DNA from: Spirulina sp.
GTDB taxonomy: Bacteria > Cyanobacteriota > Cyanobacteriia > Phormidesmidales > Phormidesmidaceae
Direction: 5' to 3'
NCBI GenBank assembly: GCA_044070495.1
Contig: JBIPSI010000013.1
Coordinates: 1 to 64,000, forward strand
Length of the DNA stretch: 64,000 bases
The notes under the pieces were generated by a model. It searched no databases. It was not told the DNA's origin and was given only the letters and a program-made list of their open reading frames with translations. The position numbers and the translations under genes are program-made. Below are positions 1-9,972 of the stretch, piece by piece; within the stretch, counting starts at the first letter, position 1, and every line of letters begins with the position of its first letter.

Positions 1-22
1 TGCAAAAACCGCACAAAATCCC

Positions 23-358
23 CTAGGGCTGTTTCGACTTCGGCACCGGGTTCGAGTAAATACCGTGCTTGAAGAACGATCCATCGATTTTGGATTCTAG
101 CTCGGCGAGCCGCTCGTTCTCTTTCCTCATCTCGCTCATTCGCTGCTCGTGCGTCTGCCGATTCTCTTCGTCGAGTTTCCTCCTCTCTTCGCGCTCTTTC
201 CTCAGCTCGTTCATTCGCAATGCGTGCTGCTTCTCGATTTCGACGGTCCCATTCAACGCAAAAACCAACCAGCGCCACCACGATGGCGGCCACGGTACCT
301 CGGTTAGCCCAGGTTCGGGTGTTGGCGACGTATCCGAGGAAGGTGAAATCGGTTTCAT
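23..358 (-). CDS. hypothetical protein (short hydrophobic stretch followed by a charged coiled coil)
   Basis: 111-aa ORF with WWRWLVFAL and an E/R/K-rich helix; no family recognised. Confidence 0.4.
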   Translation of the reverse strand: MKPISPSSDTSPTPEPGLTEVPWPPSWWRWLVFALNGTVEIEKQHALRMNELRKEREERRKLDEENRQTHEQRMSEMRKENERLAELESKIDGSFFKHGIYSNPVPKSKQP

Positions 359-544
359 CGTAGACCCTCAAAAAGGCGACACTGATAATCAGGATCGTTA
401 GGACGGTGCCCGGAAGCAGCGACAGAAAATTAACCCAGCGGTTCATACCCAGCAGGCAAACACCCAATACGTCCATTATACGGGCGCTCCCTATAGCCGC
501 TACCATAGATCCCATCGACCTAGAACCTGACGATAGCTAAGGCC

Positions 545-1162
545 ATGACCACCACCTCCGAAGAAGTCTGGCGTATTTTGGGCGAACTCGCCGAAGCCCA
601 AAAAGAAACCGAGCAACGGTTTCTCGAAACGGATCAACGTCTGGATCAGCGATTCCGGGAAACGGATCAACGCATGGATCAGCGATTCCGAGAAACGGAG
701 CGGCTGTTGCGACGACAAAACCAGCAGCTAAACGAGCAACTGGGCAAGTTGGGGAATCGTTTGGGCGAGTTTGTGGAATGGCAGGTGCGCCCTGCGGTTG
801 TGCGCCTGTTTCAAGCACGGGGCATTGCTGTCCACGAATTCCATGACGGGATTTCGGTGCAGCGTGGGGATGAAGGTATTGAAATTGATCTGCTAGTGGT
901 CAACACCACAGAAGCGATTTTAGTGGAAGTGAAAAGTAAACTCACCCAAACCGACGTGGATGAACACCTGGAACGATTGAGCAAATTTAAGCGACTGATG
1001 CCCCGTTATAACGATGTGCGCGCCATGGGAGCCGTGGCCGCCATGGTAGTACCCGATGAGGTAGCCCGCTATGCCTACCGTAAAGGGCTATTTGTAATGG
1101 TGCAATCGGGCGATAGTGTGGTCATTCTAAATGATGACTCGTTTAAACCGAAGACTTGGTAA
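545..1162 (+). CDS. DUF3782-like coiled-coil plus PD-(D/E)XK nuclease-fold protein
   Basis: N-terminal 11-aa repeats (ETDQRLDQRFR), then LGNRLGEFVE and EIDLLV...EVKSKL nuclease-like motifs. Confidence 0.75.
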   Translation: MTTTSEEVWRILGELAEAQKETEQRFLETDQRLDQRFRETDQRMDQRFRETERLLRRQNQQLNEQLGKLGNRLGEFVEWQVRPAVVRLFQARGIAVHEFHDGISVQRGDEGIEIDLLVVNTTEAILVEVKSKLTQTDVDEHLERLSKFKRLMPRYNDVRAMGAVAAMVVPDEVARYAYRKGLFVMVQSGDSVVILNDDSFKPKTW

Positions 1163-1171
1163 ATATGCCCT

Positions 1172-1732
1172 ATGGTTGCCTCTCCCCAGCCTTCCCTCAC
1201 CACCCAGGATTACCTTGCCCTAGAAGCCAAAAGCCCCATCAAACATGAGTATATTGATGGAGAAGCCTACGCCATGGCAGGGGCCAGCGATGCCCATGTC
1301 ACCATTGTCGTTAACCTAGCGGCCTTGTTGCGTAACCATGTGCGGGGTAGCGGCTGCCGGGTTTATATTGCCGATATGAAGGCCCGAATCGAAGCCCGAA
1401 ACTGTTTTTACTATCCCGATGTGATGGTAACGTGCGACGAACGGGATCAGGAAAATGATACCTATAAATGCTTTCCCAAATTAATCATTGAAGTACTCCC
1501 TGATTCCACCGAAGCCTTTGACCGAGGGGATAAGTTTGCCGATTATCAAACCTTGGAAACCTTAGAGGAATATGTGCTGATCAATACTCGCCATCAACGG
1601 GTGGAATGCTTTCAGCGCAATGGGGATGGACTATGGGTATTGCGATACCATACCGAAGACCAGTTTATCCTCGCTAGCCTCGATTTCTCGGCCCCCTTAT
1701 CTGTGCTCTATGAAGATGTAAACCTAGGCTGA
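1172..1732 (+). CDS. Uma2 family endonuclease
   Basis: KHEYIDGEAYAMAG, YYPDVMVTC, IIEVL and LEEYVLI motifs. Confidence 0.9.
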   Translation: MVASPQPSLTTQDYLALEAKSPIKHEYIDGEAYAMAGASDAHVTIVVNLAALLRNHVRGSGCRVYIADMKARIEARNCFYYPDVMVTCDERDQENDTYKCFPKLIIEVLPDSTEAFDRGDKFADYQTLETLEEYVLINTRHQRVECFQRNGDGLWVLRYHTEDQFILASLDFSAPLSVLYEDVNLG

Positions 1733-1739
1733 GAAACCC

Positions 1740-1855
1740 ATGACTGCGGTTCCTCTTTCGGCCTACGTTCACATTCCCTTTTGTCGGAGGCGGTGCTTTT
1801 ACTGCGACTTCCCTATTTCCGTATTAGGCAACCAGCGGCGGGGGGAAACTTCCCT
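1740..1855 (+). pseudogene. hemW: 5' fragment of the radical SAM heme chaperone HemW/HemN-like gene
   Basis: SAYVHIPFCRRRCFYCDFP (CxxxCxxC motif); similarity ends after about 38 codons, and the ORF continues as unrelated sequence antisense to the URC4-like gene. Confidence 0.75.
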
Positions 1856-1901
1856 GTCCGTAGCGCTAGTAGGTTGGGTAGCGCGAAAATGCCCAACCAC
1901 C

Positions 1902-3179
1902 CTAAAAAACCGTGCCATCACTCGCCAGGGTAATCGGTGGCCCACCGTGGGGGCGTTTTTCGGCGGCGAGGGCGCGGCCTGCGGCCCAGGTGCCGCCTTG
2001 CAGAATTTTCACTAGAGGCAATTCGGTGGCGGATTGGTGGAGTTGTTGACGCAGGAGATCCGCTAGATCATCCAGCAGGCAGAGGGTGAGGGCACGCCAT
2101 TCCACAATCAGGGGCGAGTTGGGGGGATGGGCAACCTCCAGGTCAGTAGGGTCTTTGAGGCTGAGGACGCCGCTGTCGAGGAAGAGGCCACCGTTGCGAT
2201 ATTCCGCCAGTCCGGTGAGCCGATCCAGGTCGGTGATGGTGAGGCCCAGGTCTTGCAGAGGTTCCAACAAAGAATAGGTGAGCCACTGGGAAAGCTTGTG
2301 GAACGGGACGAGTTGGCTCCCCAAGCCCGTATCCGGCAGTTGGGGATGGAGCCACACATCGCCCAGGTTGACACCGCCCAGGGTGGTGCGCCCCGGCCAG
2401 ATGGAGCCAAATCCTTGCAGGACAGTATGCAATACCGTGACCGCTGAGAGGGTTTGATCCTCGGACTGATTCAGCCAATGATCCACCAAATTTCCAGGGC
2501 GAGGATTTGTTTCACCGAACAGGTGGGGCTGCTGTTGCAGGGCATGACCCAAAGTTTGCAGCAGCGAAACCCGACCCGCTAGGCCCAACAGCGGGTTTTC
2601 GGGATTGACTTGAAAAGCGTCACCGAGTCGTTCCGGGGTGAGGTGACTGAGGCCGAGGGCGTCCGCCTGCCAGGGGTGATCGGGTTGGCTGGAAAAAAGC
2701 CCCTGCACAAAGCTGTGGAAGCTGGCGATAGCCAATCCTTCCGACCGTTGAAAGACTTGCCCCGTTCCTGGTTCAACATAGCGCCAGGTGGCCCCGGCCC
2801 CAGCATCTAACAGAACACTGGTTACCGCCAGATCCACCTTTAGCCGCGCTTGTTCGAGGGGATCGAGCTGGGATAAGCCCGGTTCTAGGGTCGCTAACCG
2901 AGAAACGCCATCCACCTCAAAGTGTCGCCAGCGGGAATGGAAGGGCACATCGCCCTGGGGATAGGCCCGATCCATCAGCCGCCGCACATAGTCTGCCGCT
3001 GTGGGTAGGGCTTCTGGGTGCAGCCGCAGATGGCGTAGCTGATCCGCCTCGGCCAGGGCATAGAGCATCCGGCAGCGCTCCCGGATGGCCTGGGGGCTTT
3101 GCAGATAGGCGACGACCTCGGCGGGTTGGGTTAGATCGGTCTTGGTTATTGGGGCGATGTTTTCGGTCGTGGCTTGCAT
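1902..3179 (-). CDS. URC4/urg3 family protein (DUF1688), putative uracil catabolism
   Basis: PFHSRWRHF, SVLLDAGAG, RSEGLA, PFHKLSQWLTYSL, LTGLAEYRNGGL and SDGTVF C-terminus. Confidence 0.9.
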   Translation of the reverse strand: MQATTENIAPITKTDLTQPAEVVAYLQSPQAIRERCRMLYALAEADQLRHLRLHPEALPTAADYVRRLMDRAYPQGDVPFHSRWRHFEVDGVSRLATLEPGLSQLDPLEQARLKVDLAVTSVLLDAGAGATWRYVEPGTGQVFQRSEGLAIASFHSFVQGLFSSQPDHPWQADALGLSHLTPERLGDAFQVNPENPLLGLAGRVSLLQTLGHALQQQPHLFGETNPRPGNLVDHWLNQSEDQTLSAVTVLHTVLQGFGSIWPGRTTLGGVNLGDVWLHPQLPDTGLGSQLVPFHKLSQWLTYSLLEPLQDLGLTITDLDRLTGLAEYRNGGLFLDSGVLSLKDPTDLEVAHPPNSPLIVEWRALTLCLLDDLADLLRQQLHQSATELPLVKILQGGTWAAGRALAAEKRPHGGPPITLASDGTVF

Positions 3180-3220
3180 CAATACCGTCCTTATCCTGTG
3201 GTGATTGGCCAAATTAAGGG

Positions 3221-3369
3221 AGATCCCCCTAAATCCCCCTACCCTGCGGGAAGCCGCAAGCGTCTATAAAAAGGGGGACTTTGAATCCGATTCCCTCCTT
3301 TTCAAGGGGGGCAGGGGGGGATCAACCCTAGGAACCCAGCGGAATAGAAACTTGTGTATAAGCAGTAGC
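3221..3369 (+). repeat. about 125-bp cyanobacterial dispersed repeat (copy 1) with a nested 26-bp insertion
   Basis: near-identical to the reverse complement of 11529-11650 except for the extra accctgcgggaagccgcaagcgtcta. Confidence 0.8.
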
Positions 3370-3416
3370 CCATAGGGAGAGTCGGCCAGAAGCGATCTTA
3401 ACCATGACGGGTTCGG

Positions 3417-3998
3417 CTACAGCAGGAGGTAGCGCAGATTTACCGTCACCTCTGGACACTGGAGGGGTGCCCGTTGGTCATCGGCCCCTAGAATTTGCTC
3501 CTGTTGGTAGGTTTCGCCCTGGGGATCATGTAGGACGATCATCTGTCGCTGGGGCAGGTCGATAATCCAGTATTCTGGGATGCCTGCTTTGGCGTAGATG
3601 GCGGCTTTGTGGGTGCGGTCGCGGGTGAGGGTGGCATCGGCCACTTCGATCAGCAGCAGGATGTCTTGGGGGCCGGGGTGCCGATCTCGGTAGCGGTTGG
3701 GGTCTGGGCGAACGATGGCGAAATCTGGCTCTGGCTCTGACCCTGGGGCCAGGGTAACGGGAAGCTGCACCCGTACCTTGGCCCGCTGGGCAAACAGCGC
3801 CTTGAGGTAGTCGCCGCCATCGTCAATGCGGGAGGCGTGGGGCGGGTTCTGCGGTACCCTCTCGACGATTTGCCCCTCCAGCAACTCCACCCGATCCTCC
3901 GACGACAAAATGCCCGCCCCCAACATCCGGTGATAGTCCTCCACCGTCCATTGTTTGAGGGTCAAATCCCTCACACTCTGGGGAAATACCTGCACCAT
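3417..3998 (-). CDS. Uma2 family endonuclease
   Basis: WTVEDYHRM, RVELLEGQI, EPEPDFAIV and GIPEYWIID motifs. Confidence 0.9.
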   Translation of the reverse strand: MVQVFPQSVRDLTLKQWTVEDYHRMLGAGILSSEDRVELLEGQIVERVPQNPPHASRIDDGGDYLKALFAQRAKVRVQLPVTLAPGSEPEPDFAIVRPDPNRYRDRHPGPQDILLLIEVADATLTRDRTHKAAIYAKAGIPEYWIIDLPQRQMIVLHDPQGETYQQEQILGADDQRAPLQCPEVTVNLRYLLL

Positions 3999-4027
3999 GG
4001 GGCATCCTCCTGCTTACGACTATCCTG

Positions 4028-5338
<1,311 letters not shown>

Positions 5339-6025
5339 AGACACCTCGTTCTAAACCAGCGGTTCAAAGACTGAAGCCAATTAATGTCGCACACCTCGCT
5401 CAAGGAAAAAAGCTCATAGGCAACAGACAGTCACAATGATCTTCAGCACCAGTGGAACAGAACGAGGATAGCGCTACAAAGACAAACCTATTCAGTAGGA
5501 CAGTGAAGCAATTTGGGTTGAGTTGAGCAACAAGGGCGATTGATTAGGTAGCAAGACCAGTCATATGACCTGTGAGGTCGCAGGTCATATGACTGTGGGG
5601 CAAAACATTCCCTGTGGATAACGAACCTGCCTATATCGACGGATCTAGGTCTGGGAGCTTAGTGGTGCAGAAAACTCATGGGAGTCTCAGAATGAGAACG
5701 TAACGACCTGATTGACTGACACATCTCCAAAGTAGGTTGGGGCAGCGAAGCAGAACTCAATACAATTGGTGATCGCGCTGACGCTTTAACAATGGCATAA
5801 GAGGGCGTTTGAAAAGGGATCCCCTGTAGCTTTAGTCACCCGCCGATCCCCCCTAAGTATGTAGTCCCAATCTGTGTCTATAATAGTGTCCTTCCTCAAG
5901 GATATTGTGGATTGTTACGCGGTTTTAATGGGTGTTTTCTTAATAAGTAGATGCCCCTAATTAAACGTTAAAGATTCAGAGGTATTCAATCGTCAGGTGG
6001 CCATCCATCGAGAACGACCAAGTAA

Positions 6026-6712
6026 TTATTCAACCGAACGGGCTGAATAAGAACGGGAGCGCACCCAGTCGAACCATTGGTCTAGCCCCTCTCCGGTTTT
6101 GGCGGAAACCGGAATGATGGTGACTTTGGGGTTCATCTGACGCACGTTGGCGGCAATTTGGTCAATGCTGATCTCTAAGTAGGGGGCGAGATCGACTTTG
6201 GTAATCAACAGGCAGTCCGCCTCTTGAAACATGATGGGATATTTGAGGGGTTTGTCTTCCCCTTCGGTGACGCTGAGTAGGGCGACTTTGGCATGTTCAC
6301 CTACTTCAAATTCGGCGGGGCAAACCAGGTTGCCGACGTTTTCTACCAATACTAAATCAAAGGTGGTGGGGTCGTAGTTGTGGGAGAGGGTGTGGATGCC
6401 CCCAGCCACCATTTTGGCATCCAGGTGGCAGGAACGCCCGGTGTTGATGGCGATGACGGGAACCCCGTACTGGCGCAGGCGGTCGGCATCTAGTTCGGTA
6501 GTCATGTCGCCTTCAATCACGGCCATATTGAGGTCGCTCTGGAGACCCGCTAGGGTACGTTCTAGCAGGGCGGTTTTTCCGGCACCAGGGCTGCTCATGA
6601 TGTTGAAGCAGGTGATGCCCCATTCGTCAAAGTGGGCACGGTTGTGGTCGGCCCCAGACTGGTTAACGTGGAGGAGGTCAATGCCGAGAGCGGCGTCAAA
6701 GGTTTGGTGCAT
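6026..6712 (-). CDS. ghaB: HypB/UreG-like Ni-insertion GTPase (guanidine hydrolase accessory protein)
   Basis: [25 protein letters not shown] and [10 protein letters not shown] motifs; same operon as gdmH. Confidence 0.9.
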   Translation of the reverse strand: MHQTFDAALGIDLLHVNQSGADHNRAHFDEWGITCFNIMSSPGAGKTALLERTLAGLQSDLNMAVIEGDMTTELDADRLRQYGVPVIAINTGRSCHLDAKMVAGGIHTLSHNYDPTTFDLVLVENVGNLVCPAEFEVGEHAKVALLSVTEGEDKPLKYPIMFQEADCLLITKVDLAPYLEISIDQIAANVRQMNPKVTIIPVSAKTGEGLDQWFDWVRSRSYSARSVE

Positions 6713-6788
6713 GGGAGTGGTCTGAAAAGCGGTTTTGGGTCGTCATGGCGAGTAGCCTGTTGCTTCTGGATCTCAGTGTATCCCAGAC

Positions 6789-7163
6789 CTATCGGGGAGT
6801 TGTTGGGCTAGCCGCCTCTGCATATTCCACCCGGTCGATTTTAAGTTCTCGGCCAGAGCGGATGTCCTCCATGGGGGCGTGGCAGGTGGGGCAGGCGTAT
6901 TGCAGGCCAATGTCGGGCTGGTATTCCTGCTGGCAGGGATGGCAATAGGCAAGCAGCGGCGTTTCGCGAATCACCAATTCCGCCCCCTCCAAAAAGGTGC
7001 CCTTGGTCTGTACTTCAAAGGCAAATTGCAGACCCACAGGTTCCACGCAGGTAAATTTCCCCACCGTGAGATGTACTTTTTCGATGGCGGGCTGTCCGGG
7101 TTGAGATTCCCACCAATCGCGCACGGTGAGGATGAGCGCCTTAGTCATATCGGTTTCGTGCAT
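6789..7163 (-). CDS. ghaA: HypA-like nickel metallochaperone (guanidine hydrolase accessory protein)
   Basis: MHE N-terminus and two CxxC motifs (CHPC, CPTC). Confidence 0.9.
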   Translation of the reverse strand: MHETDMTKALILTVRDWWESQPGQPAIEKVHLTVGKFTCVEPVGLQFAFEVQTKGTFLEGAELVIRETPLLAYCHPCQQEYQPDIGLQYACPTCHAPMEDIRSGRELKIDRVEYAEAASPTTPR

Positions 7164-7240
7164 CGCAGGGAGCAAAGAAGGGCGGCATTGGGATAGTTAC
7201 GTCACTTTATTGTTATGGTGTAACAAGTTTCGGCAAGAAG

Positions 7241-7507
7241 CTACAGTACTTCTGCGGCGAAAAGTTGCCCCTGAACTCGCTCGTACTCGTCTTCTAAAAG
7301 CCACGCTTTTGCGGCCTCATAACTGGCATGAGTTACAAGTAATTTGTAGTCTGAGCTAGGGCTAAAAATTCTACACGTTCCGTCTTGATCTCCAATTAAC
7401 ATCAAAACCTTGGGTGGAAAAAGTACTGGATCGATCCATAGTTCTAAAAATTCCCAAGTCTCAGCTTGTTCTGCGAGGGCCAGTTCGTGGGATAGCATGG
7501 TACTCAC
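7241..7507 (-). CDS. small acidic hypothetical protein (candidate immunity/antitoxin)
   Basis: 88-aa acidic ORF overlapping the 3' end of the upstream ORF. Confidence 0.6.
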   Translation of the reverse strand: MSTMLSHELALAEQAETWEFLELWIDPVLFPPKVLMLIGDQDGTCRIFSPSSDYKLLVTHASYEAAKAWLLEDEYERVQGQLFAAEVL

Positions 7508-7826
7508 CTGTGGCTTTCACAATTTTAATTTCCCCATAGTAAAGGGGTTTTTGGCTTCCATCTGCGCTTAGTATGTAGCCGATTGCTTCGGAAAAGTAGA
7601 GGCCATATCGCTCATAGTCGTCATCGTCGTCCTTGGCATTTGTCCGTTCTCCGATCTCGATGATAGCGTCGGTAACTCGTTGCAAGGTTTCAAGGCTATT
7701 GAAAACATGTGCTCTACCCTCTTTTTTCAGTAAACGATCAACTTGAGGGGTTCCAGGTAGGTGACGATAGATCAAGCTGAGCCGAGAGTCCGGAATAATT
7801 TCCCTGGAAATTCCACTCATTGACAC
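7461..7826 (-). CDS. hypothetical protein (DUF6972-like; candidate small nuclease toxin)
   Basis: 121 aa with RHLPGTPQ...AHVFN and a C-terminal YHAIPR; family recalled from memory. Confidence 0.6.
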   Translation of the reverse strand: MSMSGISREIIPDSRLSLIYRHLPGTPQVDRLLKKEGRAHVFNSLETLQRVTDAIIEIGERTNAKDDDDDYERYGLYFSEAIGYILSADGSQKPLYYGEIKIVKATGEYHAIPRTGPRRTS

Positions 7827-7886
7827 TAAACATCACCTAGTTAATCTGGATCTTCCTTCTACTCGCAACCTCCTCTTAGCTTGGCT

Positions 7887-9083
7887 TTACAACCAAGCTT
7901 CATCCACATTCATATTGGCTTCTTCGTGAATGTAGCTGGGTTTTTCGCGGCGGGGCAACTGGCCAGACAGTACCAAGTGGGCCATGGCATCGCAAATCAC
8001 GCGGGTGGCCATTAGGGAGGTCATGTCGCTGATGTCGTAGGGGGGCGAGACTTCCACGATTTCGATGCCGCAGACGGGCACGTTCTGGACAATTTTGCCC
8101 AGCAGATAGAGGGCCTCGCGGGGCAGCAGACCACCCGGTTCTGGCCAGCCGGTGCCGGGGACAAAGCCCGCATCAATGCAATCAATATCAAAGCTAATCC
8201 AGACGCAGTCGGTGCCGTCGGTAGCGCGTTGGATGGCAAAGTCGGCGGCGGCATCTAGGCCCATTTCGGTAATGTCGGTAACGGTGAGGATGTTGGTGGC
8301 CCGTTCGCGGCAAACCTTCACCCCCTGGCGCGGCACCTGCCAACCGCCAATGCCCAGTTGCACCAGGTTTTTGGCCGGGGCGTTGGCCATGTTGGTGGCG
8401 TGGAACCAGGGGCAGGTGTGCATCCGTTCGTCTAGGTCGGTTTCCTGAGTATCGACATGGCGATCAAAGTGGATGATGCCAACTTTTTTGTCGCCCAAGT
8501 GGCGGCAGATACCCCGCACGGTGGGGAAGCCAATGGAGTGGTCGCCGCCGAGGAGAATCGGAAACGCCCCGGAGGCAAACACATGGGCCACGCCCTTGGA
8601 AATTTGGTCGAAGGATTTTTCGTTGTTGGCGGGAATGGTAAAAATATCGCCCACGTCGCAGAGGGTGATTTGTTCGCGCAGGTCAACGCCTAGCTCAAAG
8701 TTGTAGGGCGTGTATAGGGCCGAAATGCGGCGAATGCCCTGGGGGCCAAAGCGGGTGCCGGGGCGATAGGTGGTGCCAGAATCGTGGGGCACGCCAACAA
8801 TGGCCACGTCGTAGTTGCCCACCTTGCGCACGTCCTCTAGGTAGGGCGCTTTCATGAAGGTGTTGATGCCCGCGTAGTGGGGCAGTTCGCCACGGGAGAA
8901 GGTGGGAATGGTGCGATCTCGAATGCTGGCCGCCGCCTCTAGGCCGTACTCCAGCCCTTGGTCAACTTCTTGCTGCCAGCCGGTCAGCGGCAGCCGAGCT
9001 TCCATATTTAAAGCCCGCTGCGCCTCGGATAAATCACCACTAGGGCTTTGAAAAACCGGATCATTCGATGAATCGGTAGTCAT
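7887..9083 (-). CDS. gdmH: Ni-dependent guanidine hydrolase (arginase/agmatinase family)
   Basis: GGDHS, HFDRHVD, MHTCPW and SFDIDCIDAGFVPGTGWPEPGG; closely resembles Synechocystis Sll1077 as recalled; HypA/HypB genes and a guanidine riboswitch are adjacent. Confidence 0.95.
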   Translation of the reverse strand: MTTDSSNDPVFQSPSGDLSEAQRALNMEARLPLTGWQQEVDQGLEYGLEAAASIRDRTIPTFSRGELPHYAGINTFMKAPYLEDVRKVGNYDVAIVGVPHDSGTTYRPGTRFGPQGIRRISALYTPYNFELGVDLREQITLCDVGDIFTIPANNEKSFDQISKGVAHVFASGAFPILLGGDHSIGFPTVRGICRHLGDKKVGIIHFDRHVDTQETDLDERMHTCPWFHATNMANAPAKNLVQLGIGGWQVPRQGVKVCRERATNILTVTDITEMGLDAAADFAIQRATDGTDCVWISFDIDCIDAGFVPGTGWPEPGGLLPREALYLLGKIVQNVPVCGIEIVEVSPPYDISDMTSLMATRVICDAMAHLVLSGQLPRREKPSYIHEEANMNVDEAWL

Positions 9084-9142
9084 GGGAATGCCTCACAGTA
9101 TCGTGCTGAGCCAAGTCAATCGTCATCGCGGGGGAAGCTGCT

Positions 9143-9200
9143 AAGAAGCCCAGGAAACTAGGACGCTACTTTGCTTAGCTCCCCTAAATCTCCCGGGCTT
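9143..9200 (-). terminator. intrinsic terminator / expression platform of the gdmH riboswitch
   Basis: aptamer 3' end AAGCCCGGGAGA can pair with downstream TTTCCTGGGCTTCTT on the minus strand. Confidence 0.7.
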
Positions 9201-9326
9201 TTTTCCCGCCGTGTAACCAGTACGCAGGCAGGCCCGATCACCTACCCTACGTCCCTAGCCTGCTTCTCTTGGACCAGACATCCGCGTCTTGAGGCGAACC
9301 CAAACCCGAATCGGAACCCTAGAAAC
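9190..9326 (-). ncRNA. guanidine-I (ykkC-yxkD) riboswitch upstream of gdmH
   Basis: minus strand reads TTCTAGGGTTCCG...CTGGTCCAAGAGAA...CACGGCGGGAAAAAAGCCCGGGAGA, matching the conserved ykkC blocks. Confidence 0.93.
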
Positions 9327-9347
9327 ACTAATTTCCTATGCTCCCAG

Positions 9348-9377
9348 ATGATATAAGTCCACTGGGATCTCGGTCAA
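9348..9377 (-). promoter_or_regulatory. sigma70-type promoter for the gdmH riboswitch/operon
   Basis: TTGACC-N18-TATCAT on the minus strand, about 20 nt before the aptamer. Confidence 0.55.
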
Positions 9378-9603
9378 CCTATCATTAATTCCCCGATCAT
9401 CTGGGCATTTGTTAAAATTTCGTGACACAAGAAATCAACTAAAATACCCATTGTTTTAGCTAGGCTTGATGACCCTACGGTTACCGGATGTAGGGCAGGG
9501 CCTAGGATGGCGAGCCGATGGCCGGGGTGGTTTTGTGTCATCAAATTGACGTAAGGATGATGGTCATCTTGATCGCCTACCGTGACAGATTCCCTGGAAT
9601 AAC

Positions 9604-9617
9604 GTATCAAGAAATAC
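9604..9617. promoter_or_regulatory. NtcA-binding site
   Basis: perfect GTA-N8-TAC (GTATCAAGAAATAC) between the two divergent riboswitches; an AACAAT -10-like hexamer lies 23 nt downstream on +. Confidence 0.65.
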
Positions 9618-9755
9618 TTTCTGGGGGTTCCGTGACTGATAACAATAGCCTAACAAGGGCAAAGGCTAATCGTGATTTGGAACTTCAACTCTAGAGTACG
9701 TATTAAAGCTCCACGATTTTGTAAACCGATAGGTCCTTAGATAGGCTAAAAATTT

Positions 9756-9865
9756 GCTTCTAGGGTTCCGATCTAGGGCTTTGGTTCTAGATGCCTGGTC
9801 CAAGAGAAGCCCCCAGCAGACCAGATTGGTCTGTTGGGTTCACGGAGGGATAAAAGCCCGGGAGA
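9756..9865 (+). ncRNA. guanidine-I (ykkC-yxkD) riboswitch upstream of the SSS transporter
   Basis: GCTTCTAGGGTTCCG...CTGGTCCAAGAGAAGC...CACGGAGGGATAAAAGCCCGGGAGA. Confidence 0.93.
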
Positions 9866-9907
9866 GCTGGATTACCCGCAGGTAATCAGTTTTTCTCGGG
9901 CTTTCTT
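9853..9907 (+). terminator. intrinsic terminator / expression platform of the second riboswitch
   Basis: AAAGCCCGGGAGA pairs with TTTCTCGGGCTTT, followed by CTT; internal hairpin CTGGATTACC...GGTAATCAG. Confidence 0.75.
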
Positions 9908-9972
9908 ATATCTAAGAGTCGCCATAGCGGGATTTCTAAACAAGCGTTAACGGATTAACTGGAGATCAAACA

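Noticed and set aside
5885..5940. IsaR1-like sRNA (AGTGTCCTTCCTCAAGGAT after TATAAT)
   Set aside because: Only a short resemblance from memory; it starts too close to the -10 element and has no terminator hairpin
6026..7163. hypA/hypB as hydrogenase maturation genes
   Set aside because: No hydrogenase or hypCDEF genes are nearby; the position in the gdmH operon points to guanidine hydrolase Ni-loading factors
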